Assembly: GCF_000315625.1 (NCBI RefSeq)
Contig: NW_005434667.1
Location: forward strand, 248,707 to 312,706
From: Guillardia theta CCMP2712
Taxonomy: Eukaryota; Protista; Cryptophyta
Reading direction: 5' to 3'
DNA length: 64,000 nt
Part shown: one piece after another, positions 39,431-52,892 of the stretch
How the letters are laid out: each line of letters opens with the position of its first letter
How positions within the stretch are numbered: the first letter of the stretch is position 1
Made by a program: the position numbers and the translations under genes
Notes under the pieces: generated by a model
Seen by the model: only the letters and a program-made list of their open reading frames with translations
The model's database searches: none
Told to the model about the DNA's origin: nothing

Positions 39431-40441
39431 GGCAATGCAGAGGTAGTGAGTGACTTGGTAGGTAGAGGGTCTTTTTATATCCTCAGAACGGGGTGGTGTA
39501 CATGACCGGTGGTCAGTCACAAACTCTATACCGCCAGCAAATTCTTTGGAAACGGAGGGTACGATACCTGAGGGTGGGGTGGTAGGGTGGTAGCGAATGG
39601 GCGTAACAGAAGATTGGGGACGAGGAGACAGGGGGATACAAGGGTGGGGGTGGTGACGGGGGTAGCTAGTTTTATAAATTATCGGGGAGGTAGGGGTTAT
39701 GAGAAGGGATGAGGGGGGTAGTCCAGGTAAGGGGGTGGGGTCGGGCTGTGACCGAGGATTCCAGGGTCGCATCAACGAAGCAAGTGGTGTCATCAGTGAG
39801 GGCATGAGGGGTAGTAGGAATTACTGGTATCAAGGGGGGGTGATACGAGATTTGATGGGGGTACCTGTAGAGAAAAGCACAACATGAGCGTTGTGATCGC
39901 AGACAGTCAGCAGTGTCAGTGAATTCATATGGTGGGGTGATCAAGTGAGGGGGTTGCAGTGTACCCCACCAGGAATCTTCGTTGAAATTCGCTCATATTA
40001 GAAGGGGTAATTTAGCCAAGAAAATTATTTAAGTGGGGTAGGGTCCTTTAATGTGCGGAGTCAGCAGGAATATGGTGGGGTGGAGTCAGCAGGGAAAGGT
40101 CACCTACACACAACTACCAACTGCGCTTATCGTGAGCCCACCTCAGCATGATCTGTGACTGCTCAGTGACTCGCCTTCCTCGGGTCATGGCCCCGGGTCA
40201 TCAGCCGGCCCCGGGTCATGCGGCCCTGCCGGGATCAACTCCGATACTGATATCTTTACTTAACTACAGGGGCAATCCGCCCCGCCCTGCCATGCTATCG
40301 CCGTCGCGGTCATCGATGGCATGCCCCGGGGAGGAGTGAGAAGCATAGCGAGCGGCACCAGCGATGGTGGGAGTACAGAGCAAAAAGGCCTTTAGCTCTG
40401 CCTTCTGCTCGGCCTTGAGCTGATGGAATATCCTCAATCGA

Positions 40442-41354
40442 ATGCGTTTACAGCTCGGATCATCTGAAAGAAAACGCAGCAGCCTCGTCGCTATCCTCCT
40501 CTACATCCTCCTCTACATCCTCGCCTCCATCCTGACCTACATCCTCCTCTCCACACCCATCCTCCTCGTTAGTTCTCTGATTTCCTATTTTGTGTCTGTG
40601 CTTTTCCTCACGAGTCGCAGCTTTGCTTGCAAGACATTCGTGTACAACGTTATCTCTCCTCCTCTCCGCTGCTGTTCGCGTCTCCACCTGCTAGAGAATC
40701 CAACGAGAAGTGCCTTGATCTTGATCTTCCTCCTCTCTTGCGTATCATCGTCATCTCCCCCTCCAACCCAATCAGCACCGCTATGGCTGCAACAACAGCA
40801 GCAGGCATCTGCTCCTTTTAGTGCAGTAGATGATTCATCTCCAGAGAGAAATATGACCCCTCCGAACACTGCTCCAGCTGCTCCCTCTCTTGCTCTCTCT
40901 CTTGCTCGTTCTCTTCGGGATGAAGGGCATGAGCGGCTGCAGCCTTTGGTCGACAGGAGCGCCTACAAGGCTGCGGTTCGGTCCCGCCTTGACAAGTTGA
41001 ACTCTCTCAGAGACGAGATCATGCTGGAGAAGTTGATGAAGGCAGGCCTGTGCCGTGAGAAGGAGCGAGCTAAGACTTGATCCTCAGGAAGTTGATAGCA
41101 GTGAAGACGAGGGGGAGGAGGGCGACGGGAGTCTCGTGGCAGCAGTAGACAACATCTTTGACGGCGAACCTGCGGGAATGTACCGGAGCATCTTCGACGG
41201 AGAGCGCTTCACCACGCTGACAGAGCTGCAGCAGCATATCAGGCGAGTGCTTGTTGCTTCTTGCACCTGGCTGATGCGTTGGAACAGCCAGGTCCTGCAA
41301 AAGAGATATGGACATGGTGAAAAGGTGGGGGAGGAGGATGAACTATCTTGGGGA

Positions 41355-41402
<48 letters not shown>

Positions 41403-41546
41403 AGGGACGAGGAGGCCATGCATGTGCGTGGGAGCAGGAAAGGACTAGGAAGGAGTGAGGGTGCAACGGCAGGAAGAGGCGCAGGAGCTAGCAAGAGCTC
41501 GTCACTTCCAGTCAAGTCCAAGAGAACGAGAGGAAAGAGGAGATAG
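40442..41546 (+). CDS. Hypothetical protein (hydrophobic N-terminus, acidic C-terminus with poly-Asp)
   Basis: Overlapping ORFs 40442-41080 and 41055-41546 with plausible short introns; (GAC)n at ~41355-41402; start uncertain. Confidence 0.45.
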
Positions 41547-42140
41547 CGCAAGTTGTTTAATAGGTCAAGTGTAGGAAAGCTCAAGTTTCAGTCCATTACG
41601 AGCTCTCGTGCCCCAGCCTAGGGATGGAGGAGGTGAAAGTCAGTGAACGGAAGGAGCCGCAGCAAAGGCAGCAAAGGCGGACAAGGCAGCACCTGTCGGA
41701 GGAGCTTGTTCCACAGCTTCATCTCACACTCCTCAGCGGCTGCAGCTTCGGTCACATGGTTGCCTCTCCCTCGCCCTCCTCCCGCTCTCTCTCTCCTTCC
41801 TCTGCTTCCTCTCCCTCCTTCGTCTCCCTCCTTCCGCGCTCTCCTGCCTCTCCCTCACCCTCCGCATCCTGTTGGTAGGTCTGTTGGCACGTCCTCCTCG
41901 CATGGTCCATTTCTCGTCGGACCCTCTCGTCCAGGATGCGAGCAGAGACCTACGAGGAGGTCAAGGGCGAGGGAGGAAGAGAAAGGATATGCGGACCTGC
42001 GGGTCCTGGTGCATTCCATGCCTCCAGCCTGGTCTCCCGAGCTGATTCTGAGGGTGAGTAAGAAGCATGTGGAGCAGAGGAGGAAGGGAGGTAGAGAGGG
42101 TCAGCCAGTGACGAGAGGAGTAAGTCGATCAGCCTTCGAC

Positions 42141-45100
42141 TCATCGCATCAGCTTCATGTTCGCACTCACATGGTCCAGACGGAAGTTGCGAGCCTCCTG
42201 CAGCCGTTGCATTACTTCTCTAGCCCGCTCCTCACGGTCGGGTCTCCCCTCGTCCTTCCCCTCCTTCTCAGCCCCGCCCGTCGAGTCTAGTGATGGCGCT
42301 CCCCGCCCCTGACGTAGAAGCCGTAGCCACACTCCCCCTCCCGCAGGACATGCTCCTCCTTCTCCACCAGATGGATCGAGTAGGGAACGAAGAGCTTCTG
42401 CTCTACCAGCCTCCTGCACGTCTTCGCCTCCTCTCCTCCTTCCTCCGCTGCATCACGAGCCTTCGGCTCTTCAGCTTTGTGAACCTCATGAGCCTCCGCT
42501 GCTGTCGGAGAACTTTCTTGTTCAAGGCCGGGAGGAGCCGAAAGGGGGGGGGGAGGGGGAGACTGAGGGGAAGGGGGAGGAGAGGAGGAAGAGGATGCTT
42601 CAGCCTGAGAATCGTTTCCTACGGCGTCACCTCCCTGCGCTGCTTCTCCTCTCCCATCGGCTTCCTGTCGCACCTCCTTCACCTGCTGCTCTCCACCTGG
42701 ACTCGCCAACTGGTCCTGCGTCTGACTTCCAACGGCTGTCGTCCTTTCCTCCTCATTCTGACGGGCTGCAGCTCCGTCGTCCCCCCCATGCGCGGGAGCT
42801 GCTGCTTCCTCGCCCCTGTTCTGACGCTCTTCAGCTCGCCCCTTGTTGTCCTCCAGCTCGTCTTCCAGCTGAGAGCGACTACATGTCACATCGCCATCGA
42901 TTTCCCTCCTCCTTTCGTCCCGGATACCTCTCTTCTCCTGATTCTCCCTCCTCCCCTTCCCCCCTCCTCTCATCACTCTCTTCGCTTCTCAATCTCACCA
43001 GGTCGAAGCCGTAGGCAGAAAGCTTCCGCTTGAAGTTGGTCTTGCGGCAGACTCCCATCTTCCTCAATCCAGTGTAGCAAGACGTTCCGTTCTCGAGCTC
43101 GCAGGTCTTGACAAGCGCTTCGTAGCTTACGTTGTGACCTACAAGATACTCGACCTTGACGGGTAGCGGATGCCCTTCAGTGTTGAACACGTAGGGCTGT
43201 AAGAGGAGGTGAGAGGGGAGCAAGAGGAGGAGGAGTCGAGACCTCTCGGTTCAGCCAGTGGTCGCGATCGAAAAGGAGGAAAAGATATTTGAGCGTCTCT
43301 GCAAGAAAGTAGGAATCCATCCGATCCTCTAGCCTGACCCTCCCCCGTCAGACCCGTCAGAAAATTCTCCTCTCTGCCTCCCCCTCCCTCCTCTCCCTAT
43401 GTACTCTTCCTGGCCCTCTTCCAACATTTTTGGTCCTCCCCGTCCTGCCCTGCCCCTCCTGATTCTCTTCCCCTTCCCCTTCTCGCCTTTTCGTCTCCAC
43501 ATTGGACATGGCAGCGTAGCCGCATCGAGTCTTCATGAGCGACTTGAGTGAGACGAGTATGTCCAGCCCCATCGACAGCCACACCGGGTCATGAGTCGCC
43601 TGCTCTCAGGTCAATCCACGAGGAGGCTTCGCAGGAGAAGGAAGTCGGAGGAGGAGAAGGGTGAGGGGAAGTGGGCGAGTGGCGGGAGGGAGGGCGACCG
43701 GAGGGAGGGCTCACTACCTGGTAGAGGTAATAGATGGACTCCACTGTCTCAGGCCGAAGGGGATACCCTTCGGCTCCCGTGTGAAGCTTGCCGGCCTCGA
43801 GGTTGAAGGCCTCCGGGATGCCTCCGAACCTTCGCCACAGCGAGTGGATGGCGTACTGAGACTCCACGGCCGCGTCAATGTCGCCGAAGAGAACCTGAAG
43901 CCCCGGCCAGAAGGACGCGAGCGACGAGTAGACCATCCAGCTCACCGTCCCGCTCTGCATGTTCACGTCCAGGTACCAAGCACCCTTGCGGAGGAACTTC
44001 ATGATGCCCGCGTAGCACTCGGAGAACATGTGGAGCGAGTCGCCGTCGCCGAAGAGGAAGTGAGCTTTGACGAGGTACTCGTACAAGGAGTCGATGTTGG
44101 TGCCCAGCCCCGAGTCGAGATGCGTCCACACCCCGCTGTCGATGTTGATGTGGTTCCCCACCAGCCCCAGTCTTGACCGTCTGCTCCACAACCCTGCGGT
44201 CGCCCTCCTCGCCGCGAGCTCATACTTGGGGTCGAGGGTGAGGCGCGAGAGCATCACGAACTCGAGGAGGTTCGTTCCTCCTCCTGCTGCCGAAGTGATC
44301 ACCGTCTCCCCCGGGGGAACCCCGCGTCGCAGGTTCACCGTGCCGTAGGGGATGCCAGTCTTGGTGTTGAAGGCAGGCATGAGACGATCGGCGAGGTCGA
44401 CGGCGAGGAGGAGGAGCTCATTGTCGTACCAAGAGAGGAAGCGGAGGGCAAGGAAGTGAGCGGAGAGGAGCCCCCCCAGCGCTCGGATGTTCGTCTCGAA
44501 GACAGAGACGTTAATGTCGACGTCGAAGGACACTTCTGCCATCACCTTCCTGTCTCATCGCGTCAGCTCCCCTCCCAGCCCTCCGCTCGTCTCACCTCAC
44601 TGCTGCATCAAACGCAGAGAGGTTTCCCATGATGGCGAGAGTGTCAAGAGCATCGATGAGAGTCAACTTGTACCCTCCCTGACCGAAGAGATCCTTCCCC
44701 GAGCACGAGATCGGCCTCAGCTCATCGTAAGGGTAAGCCCACTGCATGTAGCCGTTGAAGGAGAACTCAAACATCTCCACGATCTCTTTCCTCACGCTCT
44801 CCACGTAAGTTTCACTGAAGATCTCTTCTTCGAACTTCTCTGCTCCTTCATCTGCCTCTTGGAGCTCGTCAGCTGCCAGGCTGTCGCCGCTCGAGCCCCT
44901 GAGGATGTCGATCAACCTCCTCTTCATCTCGTTCAAAGTCTGCGGGTTCGACTCGGAGCTCAGAGCACGAGCGATGATCGCTTCCCCGAGATGAAACTGA
45001 TCTCGGTTGGAGGCGTTCAAAAGATCGAAAGAGCTGGCGAGCTCCTCGTCTTGAAGCACAAGCCTGAGAATCTCCTTCCTCAGCCCTCGTGACCCCTCCA

Positions 45101-45248
45101 CATCCCCCTTCCTCAACAGATCCATCACCGACTGCTCCATGGCAGCAGCGTCCATCTCGGATGCTTCACTCACCAAGGGTGTGAGCAGGAGGAGACTCAG
45201 CAAGATGGCGCGAAGAGTATTCGTGTGTCCACGCACGTGAAGGGGCAT
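42141..45248 (-). CDS. EDEM-like ER degradation-enhancing alpha-mannosidase (GH47)
   Basis: Signal peptide; [75 protein letters not shown]. 3' end uncertain (may extend to ~41850). Confidence 0.9.
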
Positions 45249-45728
45249 GGGAGGAGCCTTGCTCTGCTCTTGACTCCAGTCAAACGCCGTCCTCCTTTCG
45301 ACTCGATTGCCTCCCCTCTCCTGCCCGTGCGGTACCAGCTTCCCCCGTGAGTCTACCTCCCTGCATGCTTCTGCCTACTTCTCCTTCTCTCTCTCCTTCT
45401 CTCTCTCCTCCTCTCTCTCTCCTCCTCTCGCTCCCCTCGCTCTCCCCTCGCCACCCTCATCAGCACCGCAGGTGAAATGCTCTTATGAGGCGAGCGAAAG
45501 ATGATCCGCCTCAAAGAATCGAGTACTAATTGGAGAGACGAATAGTCTTGCTGTCTTTATTTTGTCGTTAATTATACACTGAGGCAGACTCGAGTTGTTG
45601 AAAAGGAAGAAGTCAACGGACTGGCAATCCGTCAAACTGAGAGTTGGGGAGGGAGGAGGAGCAGGGGAGAGAAGAGCAGGGGAGAGGGGAGGAGACGAGA
45701 GCAGAGAGCCCGTGGCTCATTCAGTCAG

Positions 45729-47450
45729 ATGGCGAATCAAGCCGCAAGGGAAGAGGCAGAGGCGAAGCTGTCACCTCCTGCATCTCCTGGCTCGATTTCT
45801 TCTCCTTCCTCCCCTTCTTCACCATCCTCTTCAGCCATATACGTTGCGTACGAGAGATTGGCTAAAGGACTGCTGAAACAAACGAACCAGGGGATTGTCA
45901 AATCTGTGCTAGCACAGAAATACGACAAGCTGGTGGACGACATCTTTGATGGAGGATACAGGGCCCCCAAAATGCGCGTCATCATCGAGAGAGCTCGCGA
46001 GGCACAACAGAGCAGAGAACCTTGCGAGTGGAAGGGTCCAGCCGCGAAGCCTTCGGTCCGACGGCAGGTGCAGCAGATGCTGCGAGCAGCTCGCACAAAG
46101 TTGGAGAAGAAAGAATACAAAGAAGAAGAGGACGGGAGACCACAAGTGGCTCAAGTCTGCAAGATCGAGGAGGAGAACCCTTCAACGGTCCTTCTTCACC
46201 CCCAACCATCCAACCACAGCCCCCCTCCACAGCCCCTCTCTGATCGTTCGCCTCCTTCGCTTCCTGGCGCCTTCAAGCCCTCGCGTCCTCACCATGTCGA
46301 GGCACAGGAGGTGAGCAGAGCAGAGCGACCTGCAAGAGACGAGCTGAGATTGATTGCTTGCAGACCTCCTTCCTGGAACCAGAACTAGCGGAACAGACAG
46401 CTAGTTCCGCTGCCCCCGCTGCTCGTCGCGTTTCTGTGAGGAGATCGACAGACGCTGATCGTCCGAGGGCAAAGGTAAGGCACTACCTGACCTTGGCGAT
46501 TTGCTGCCTTGGCTTCCTCTGAGTGCGTTGACACAGAACAAGAAGAAAGTCTCGAATCGAACTCACAAGACCGAAGACGAGCCCGCACAAGAGCCTCCTG
46601 TCGTCCAGGAGGAGAGGCAGCCGCAGTCTCGCTCACCGGCTTCTTCTCCTCGACTTCCTACCCGGGGCAAAACTTCAGGGTCGACGCGGCAGGACGTGCC
46701 AAGCGAACCGACGAGAAGAAGCGAGAAAGTTGGAGGAGCCTCATCGATGAATTCTCTTCCTCCTCCTTCTCATCACCACGAGCAAACTCAGGGACCCCCC
46801 GGGACTGCGAGGATCTGGCAGTCGAGCGGGGAGGTGAAGAGAGTCAGGAAAGTTGACAAGGCCACTCAGTGGGCACGGAGGAAGGAGGAGGCAGCTGAGC
46901 CCTCAGCTCGTTCAAGCCCTCGCGAGCCCGCCCCAAGGAAAGAAGAAGAGATTCTTGCAGTTGAAGTTGCGCAGGAATCTCCGCCACCGGCTGGGAGTGT
47001 CAAGACTTCTCTGTTCCTGACTCCTCGTCCTCCCATGCCCTCGACAGCCCCCACCAGAACCTCCAGCTCTCCTTCGGCTCTCCCTCACCAACAGGCTCGG
47101 ACGCCAATGCGAGCCGCTGAAAAAGAAGAGCAGGATCAGCTTCTGCCCTATGTGAGTCTCGTCCTCGCCCTCGTCCTCGTCCTCATCTTCCCTCCACCTC
47201 CTCCACCTCCTCCTCCTCCTACTACTACTACTACTACTACTACAACTGCTGCTGCTGCTGCCGCCGCCGCCGCCGCCGCTGCTGATGCGCTGCTCTGACT
47301 GGTGGCAGCCGACCAAGAGGACAACTTCTGTTCGCACGGGCCGGCATGCGAGAACGAGCGACACCCAGGGGCTGGGTGAGGGGGAGAGGCTATATGGAGT
47401 GTGGGTGCCCGTCATCGACCCCATCAAAGTTGACCGGAAGGTGCGGAGGA
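45729..47450 (+). CDS. Hypothetical low-complexity Pro/Ser/Arg-rich protein
   Basis: ORFs 45729-46388 and 46501-47298 with GT-AG borders between them; no family recognised; end approximate. Confidence 0.45.
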
Positions 47451-47543
47451 AGAGCTAGAGCTAGAGCTAGAGCTAGAGCTAGAGCTAGAGCTAGAGCTAG
47501 AGCTAGAGCTAGAGCTAGAGCTAGAGCTAGAGCTAGAGCTAGA
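47450..47543 (+). repeat. (AGAGCT)n hexamer microsatellite
   Basis: Read directly. Confidence 0.95.
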
Positions 47544-48206
47544 GGTAAAAGGCGTGGGGTGGGGGGCGGGGTTGAGAAGTAGATTCTTTGCTGACATGAA
47601 CTGAGATGGACTTTCAGTTTCCTCTGCAGCATTTTCAGCGCCAGAAGCAAAAGATCGAACAACGAAAGCTGCCGCACGAGAAGCTTTTCCTCGACCTCCT
47701 GTGCTGCCAAATGGACAACAAGTCGAAGCCTTTCTTTCAGACTCTCCTGCCCCTGCACGAACAAGCCGTGGGCAACGTCAGTTTCGCTTTGACAGAGGTC
47801 AATGCCAGGGAGAAAGCAGCCCAGAGCGAAGGAGGACGCAGAGGGAGGAGAGAGGAGAAGGGGGAGACGAGAAAATCCGACTTGCTGTAGATGATGTCGA
47901 AGAGGACGATGGAGTGCCTGAAGGTGTGAACGATTGAGAGCAGAAGGAAGATGCTCGTAGGGGATAGAGGGCGGGAGGGTCAGCGAGACGTTATCAGATG
48001 GGCAGAGATAGCAGGAGTAGTCTATTCCTGTTAGAGCAGAACCAACAGCTGCTTCACTGTGTCCAGATGGATTTCTTGGTCGCCATGATCGCTGTCAGCA
48101 GCGTGTCAGTCTCTGTCTCACCTGCCGGCCCGCAGCTCACCCGCTACTCTCTCATACCATCCCGTCAGGTCATTCTTCAACAACCAATTCTCCATAAGAG
48201 TCGATC

Positions 48207-49229
48207 TTACATGCTGCAGTCAACTTCAGCGCCCTCCCCCAAACATCCTCCTTCCTCCTCCTCTGCCGCCCCCATCACCACCATCACTTTCACATTCTTG
48301 CGTACCTTGCACATCTCCGCAAGCGCCCATAGCATCAAGTCTGCAGGTCCCACAGAAGAACCTCCGATGTAGTTGCCTTGCAGACCCTTCTTGAACGTCT
48401 CCCCGTACTCGCTCAGCGGCTTCACCTCGGGTTTGGACTTCCTGCATGGAGACTCAACCCTGAGCAGCTGCCGGGCGACTCACCCGACCTGATGCGGTCG
48501 GGGGCTTGAGACACCATGAGGAGGACGAGCGGCTTGACGAAGGTCTGGGAGCAACAGTCGTCGGAGAAGAAGGCGTCGACGAAGTTGGAGCGATCCTTGT
48601 CATCGGAGAAGAGCTCAATCTCCACCGCCACCATCACTCCGAAGGTGATCTCCTTCATGAGATTCAACTCGTGCTGGGTGGCCTCTCGGCCGAAGAGACA
48701 AGGAGATAAACACTTTGCTATGATGAACGAGTCGTTGACCTGAAACACCATGACCCTCAAGCCAAACAGCGACGACTTGACCTGCATGTCGTTGACGACA
48801 AGGATCGGAATCTTCTGATACTTTGACCAGGAGATCTCAGACTTGAACGGGTAGTTCACTTGCACCACGTCATATGGAACCTCTGCCCACGCAAGAAGCG
48901 CCCTGACGATCGCGCATGGTGGACTTGCCTCGAACTGATACAGCTTGACCTAATAGAGGACGTGACCTAACTTGCCTGGGAGTTCCTTGGCAGGGAACTG
49001 AGGTGGATGATAGAATGAAAGGTGCGATGAAACAAGGAAGCAGGGGAACAGAGGAACAGGGGAGGGAGCAGGGGTGGGAGCAGGGGTGGGAGCAGGGGTG
49101 GGAGCAGGGGTGGGAGCAAGGGCAGTGAGCAAGGGAGGGAGAAGAGCTCACTGTATGGATCTCATCCTTGCTCTTCAAGCTGAATGGCTGCGGCGGATCT
49201 TCTCCTTCGTTGTTCGGCTCCCACGCCAT
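48207..49229 (-). CDS. Glutathione S-transferase / prostaglandin E synthase 2-like protein
   Basis: VKLYQFEASPPCAIVRALL, VVQVNYPFKSEISWSKYQKIPILV, NDSFII, YIGGSSVGPADL. Ends approximate. Confidence 0.8.
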
Positions 49230-51386
49230 CGCCTAGTCGGGGAGATCCTCGTACCCTTCTTTTCCTCTTAGGAGTCTCAGTCACGGGGCGGGCCCGGTGG
49301 CGGGTCGGTTTTGAGCTCCATACCGAAATAGATCAAAGTTTTTACTTAACTCAATACTCCCACCCCCTACCCCTCCCATTCCACTGATGTCACCCTACCC
49401 GACAAAGGTTCAGATCAGTACCCCTAATTCATACCTGAAGTACCCCCCTTGTATCCTGTACAATTGTGTCCTGCAATTGAGTACCCCTCCTTTTGAGTCC
49501 ACCCTCCCCTAGTAGTGAAATTCGCAACCATGAGTACAGTCCCATCGCCCCCATCTTCATAAAACACAATCGACCGACAGCCAGGCAGGCAGCCAGGCAG
49601 CCAGGCAGGCAGGCGGTAGACACAGAAACAGTTACAGTGAGCGAACAAGAGGAGGCAGGTAGGCAGAGACAGAGAGGTAGACAGCGAAAGCCTAGTGAGG
49701 AGGATGTGGGTAAAGGGTAGAGACAGAATGAAAGGAAGGCTGCGACTGACAATAAGAGCAGAGAAGACTTGAAGAACACCATCGGAAGGGATCGGAGCAA
49801 CAGGGTCGATAAAGATGATTGACACTGAAAGAGAAATTCGTGTGGGAGTGACGACGTAGAGCTCATGTGCCTTGGTCAGATGGCGTGAGTGACAGCAATA
49901 CCCGTCGACCACGTGAACATCCACTGGACGATTGGCTGGCCTCTGTTGTTATAACATGTTGAGCTAAGAAACAATCTGAAGCTCGGGACTGGCAACATCA
50001 TGTATGCCGAGGGCATGAGATATGCAGGTCCACGCGAAGAGAACATCCCCGACTTTGGAACGTCACAGATCGTACAGGAGATTGACAGTGAGTGCTCGAT
50101 CCTTTGTTGGGAGTCTTCCTTCTCACTTTTGATGGTTGACATCTTGCTGCTCGAAAAGGTGCTGAGAAGATTGCGCGCGAGGTCGACAGGCAACTTCGGT
50201 ATGGATCCACTTTGAACGTGGTCCGAAGGACAGCAGCCGACGGGTCAGGTTAGCGATCTTGCAGATCCAGACAAGGCTGCCGGTTGACAAGCTCTCAGTC
50301 CGGTACGAAGCTGGAGCAGAAGTGCTGTCACAGGCAGCAGTTGGTGATGACCTGCTGGGATACACTGAGATGTCAGCTCGATGCTGCCTCAGTCTTCTTG
50401 CCTGATGCCTCTTGTCCTTAGCGTGTCGGGGCGAAACTCAATCCGCACGGGTTCGCGAATCTACAACCGCACAAATGATGCCACGCCGCTCACGCACACG
50501 CACACGCGGCTGGTGAATGTCGCTGTGGTTGAGCGACGAAATCGAGAGTGAGTGGTGCTTGCTGTCTCTGTCATCGTATAATTTTCTTACAGCCCAGGAG
50601 ATGGAACTGATTCGGCAACGGTACTTTCTGTTGTGCGATGAGGGAAGATGGTTGACTTAGAATCTTCAGTTTGAAGTGCAGGAAGCGACGGTCGTGCCCA
50701 AGAAGGCTGGAATGAGCATCTTAATGTTTGACTTGTGAGCGATTTGCTTGTTTCTTGCGCAGATTCATCGACATTCTCTCATGTCTCCTTGCTCCTCACG
50801 TACTAGTCGCAGGTGCTGCTCTAAGGGACGGAGGACAAGGCCCAAAAAGCCTCGGGCTCGGAGTGGAATGAGGGAAGACCCATCGCCAGAGTGCTGCTTG
50901 CCTCGAGTTTGGCCTAGTCGTGAACTCGTTTCAGGCAAGTCGGAGCAGCTTGGGAGGCTCCGTCAAGGGTCAAGGTCTGGGATCCGACGATAGACTACCA
51001 CCTCTCGTCTGTGCAGCGAGCTCGTCAATCGAGGTGACTGTGCTATGCCGTTGGCTCGTTTCCTCAACTAAAACAGCAGTGACGTTCAACTCCGGCTGCT
51101 CCGATCGAACTCAGAAGAATCTCACGAGGTACCTCCGCTGTGCCGCCATGTCACTCACTTGGTTGACTCGCATGGCCTTAGGCTGGTTCCTCTCACTCCC
51201 TGCCCTTTCAGAGGTGTGTTGCTAGCGCTGTCTTCTCACCTCAACTCTGAGGCAGGTCGGATGGGTGGACATGATTATGCAGGCTTCTCCGATATCTGGA
51301 TTTTGAACCAAAGATAAACAAGGTGAAGATTTTTTCCAGATGGAAGTCCATCACATTTTGTTGTTGTGCAATGAAGAATCGAAGTT

Positions 51387-52892
51387 TCATGACATCCCCG
51401 CAAGGAACTTGAACAGATCTACGAGAGTGACAACACCCTGAAGGGAGCCCTTCTCATCCAGACATGCCAGTCTGGTGGTTCGTGCGATTGAAAAGCAAGA
51501 GATGACCTACAAATGAATTTCTTGAGCCTCGACAGCACCACGACCAACACTCAATACCTTGGACAGTGGGTCGGTGATGAGGCAGTGCTTCGGTTTGCTT
51601 TCACCATTCTCCGCCTGCTCGTCCAGCTCTTATTGCTCTCATTCCCTTCATCGGCCGTCTTACCCGCTGCAGAGCATGCTCCACAGGTACATTCAAGTCC
51701 AGCTCCGTTAGGCCCAGGATATCGGCGTCTGAAAACCTGGAGCAGGAAATTCTCAAGGCAAATTTGCTACAACAAAGCTGACAGAGAAGAGAAGAGAAGA
51801 GAAGAGACGAGAAGAGACGAGAAGAGAAGAGAGAAGAGAAGAGAAGAGAAGAGAAAAGGGAAGAGAAGAGAAGAAGCTTGAGCCTCACATGTCCATAAAC
51901 TTCCCATTAGCATCCACCACAGGGACCCCCGAGATTCCATTTTCACTCATCAATTTCAAAACGCTGAGTCGAGCTGTCAATGAAGGAAGCCATCAAGCTC
52001 GACCTACTCTTTGACGGGCTCGTTCGGATGGACCTTAATCACTTTAGACGCTTCCATCGTTCCAATCCCTGACAAAGAGAAGAGATCAAAATGCAAACCT
52101 CAGAGAGGCATTCTAACCCGCTTCTCGGAGAGTTCCTTTCAAAGTTCCTTCATGGAGAAATCAGAATATATTCATCAGCAATGACCTGACATTCTCACCT
52201 AAATCTTGTTCCTGGTGATAGTACAAAAATCGGAACAATAACAGATACGTGATCTGTCCAATCTTGCACAACAATTAATGGGGTTTTGGTAGCCAATCGT
52301 CTTACTATGCATTGATTTAAAAGTGGAGTATTCCCCTCTCGTTCCAGAACTGGCAACACTACCAACAAATCAATCGATTTGGCAGGACAGCAGGCAAAAG
52401 TTACCTCGACAGTCGTTTCTAAGAAGAGTGCGCAGGACACACAGCAAGTCATCGTCCGGTTTCACCTCAACGCTGCTCTGTAGTAATCGTCAAACAACTT
52501 TCGTACTGCATCAGCAGTCAACAAACCTCGGGACAACCAGACGGTCTTTCGGAGTTACTCAACCAATATGCAAGATCAATCGATCGCAGCGAATCTTTGA
52601 AGTTATTTTCTGATGAAGTACAAAACAGGAGCATTTCCAAGAGGTCCGACACAGTGAGCATACCCATGTATCGATCTGATCGTCCATCCCATACAGGAAC
52701 TGCTGTCTGCTCGTTAGCGGCCATTACGTGAAATGCTCCGAACGCTGACATCGACGCATCGAGCAGCACCACTTTACCGCTCTCAGGAAGCACGTCATAC
52801 GCGGTGTGCGATCGGAAAAAATTGAAGATGTTGTCCCTGTGAAGGGATTCGATCGTGTCACGTTCTGACTGGTGCTCGTTGGCAGTAGCCAT
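51387..52892 (-). CDS. CBS-domain protein, AMPK/SNF1 gamma subunit-like
   Basis: FFRSHTAYDVLPESGKVVLLD, AVPVWD, GMLTVSD, GVPVVDANGK, LQGVVTLVDLFKFL; multi-exon. Confidence 0.85.

Noticed and set aside
47560-48100. Possible small gene on either strand
   Set aside because: No consistent spliced product or motif.
49780-51320. Fragmentary plus-strand exon-like pieces
   Set aside because: May be one or two small genes, but I could not build a supported model.
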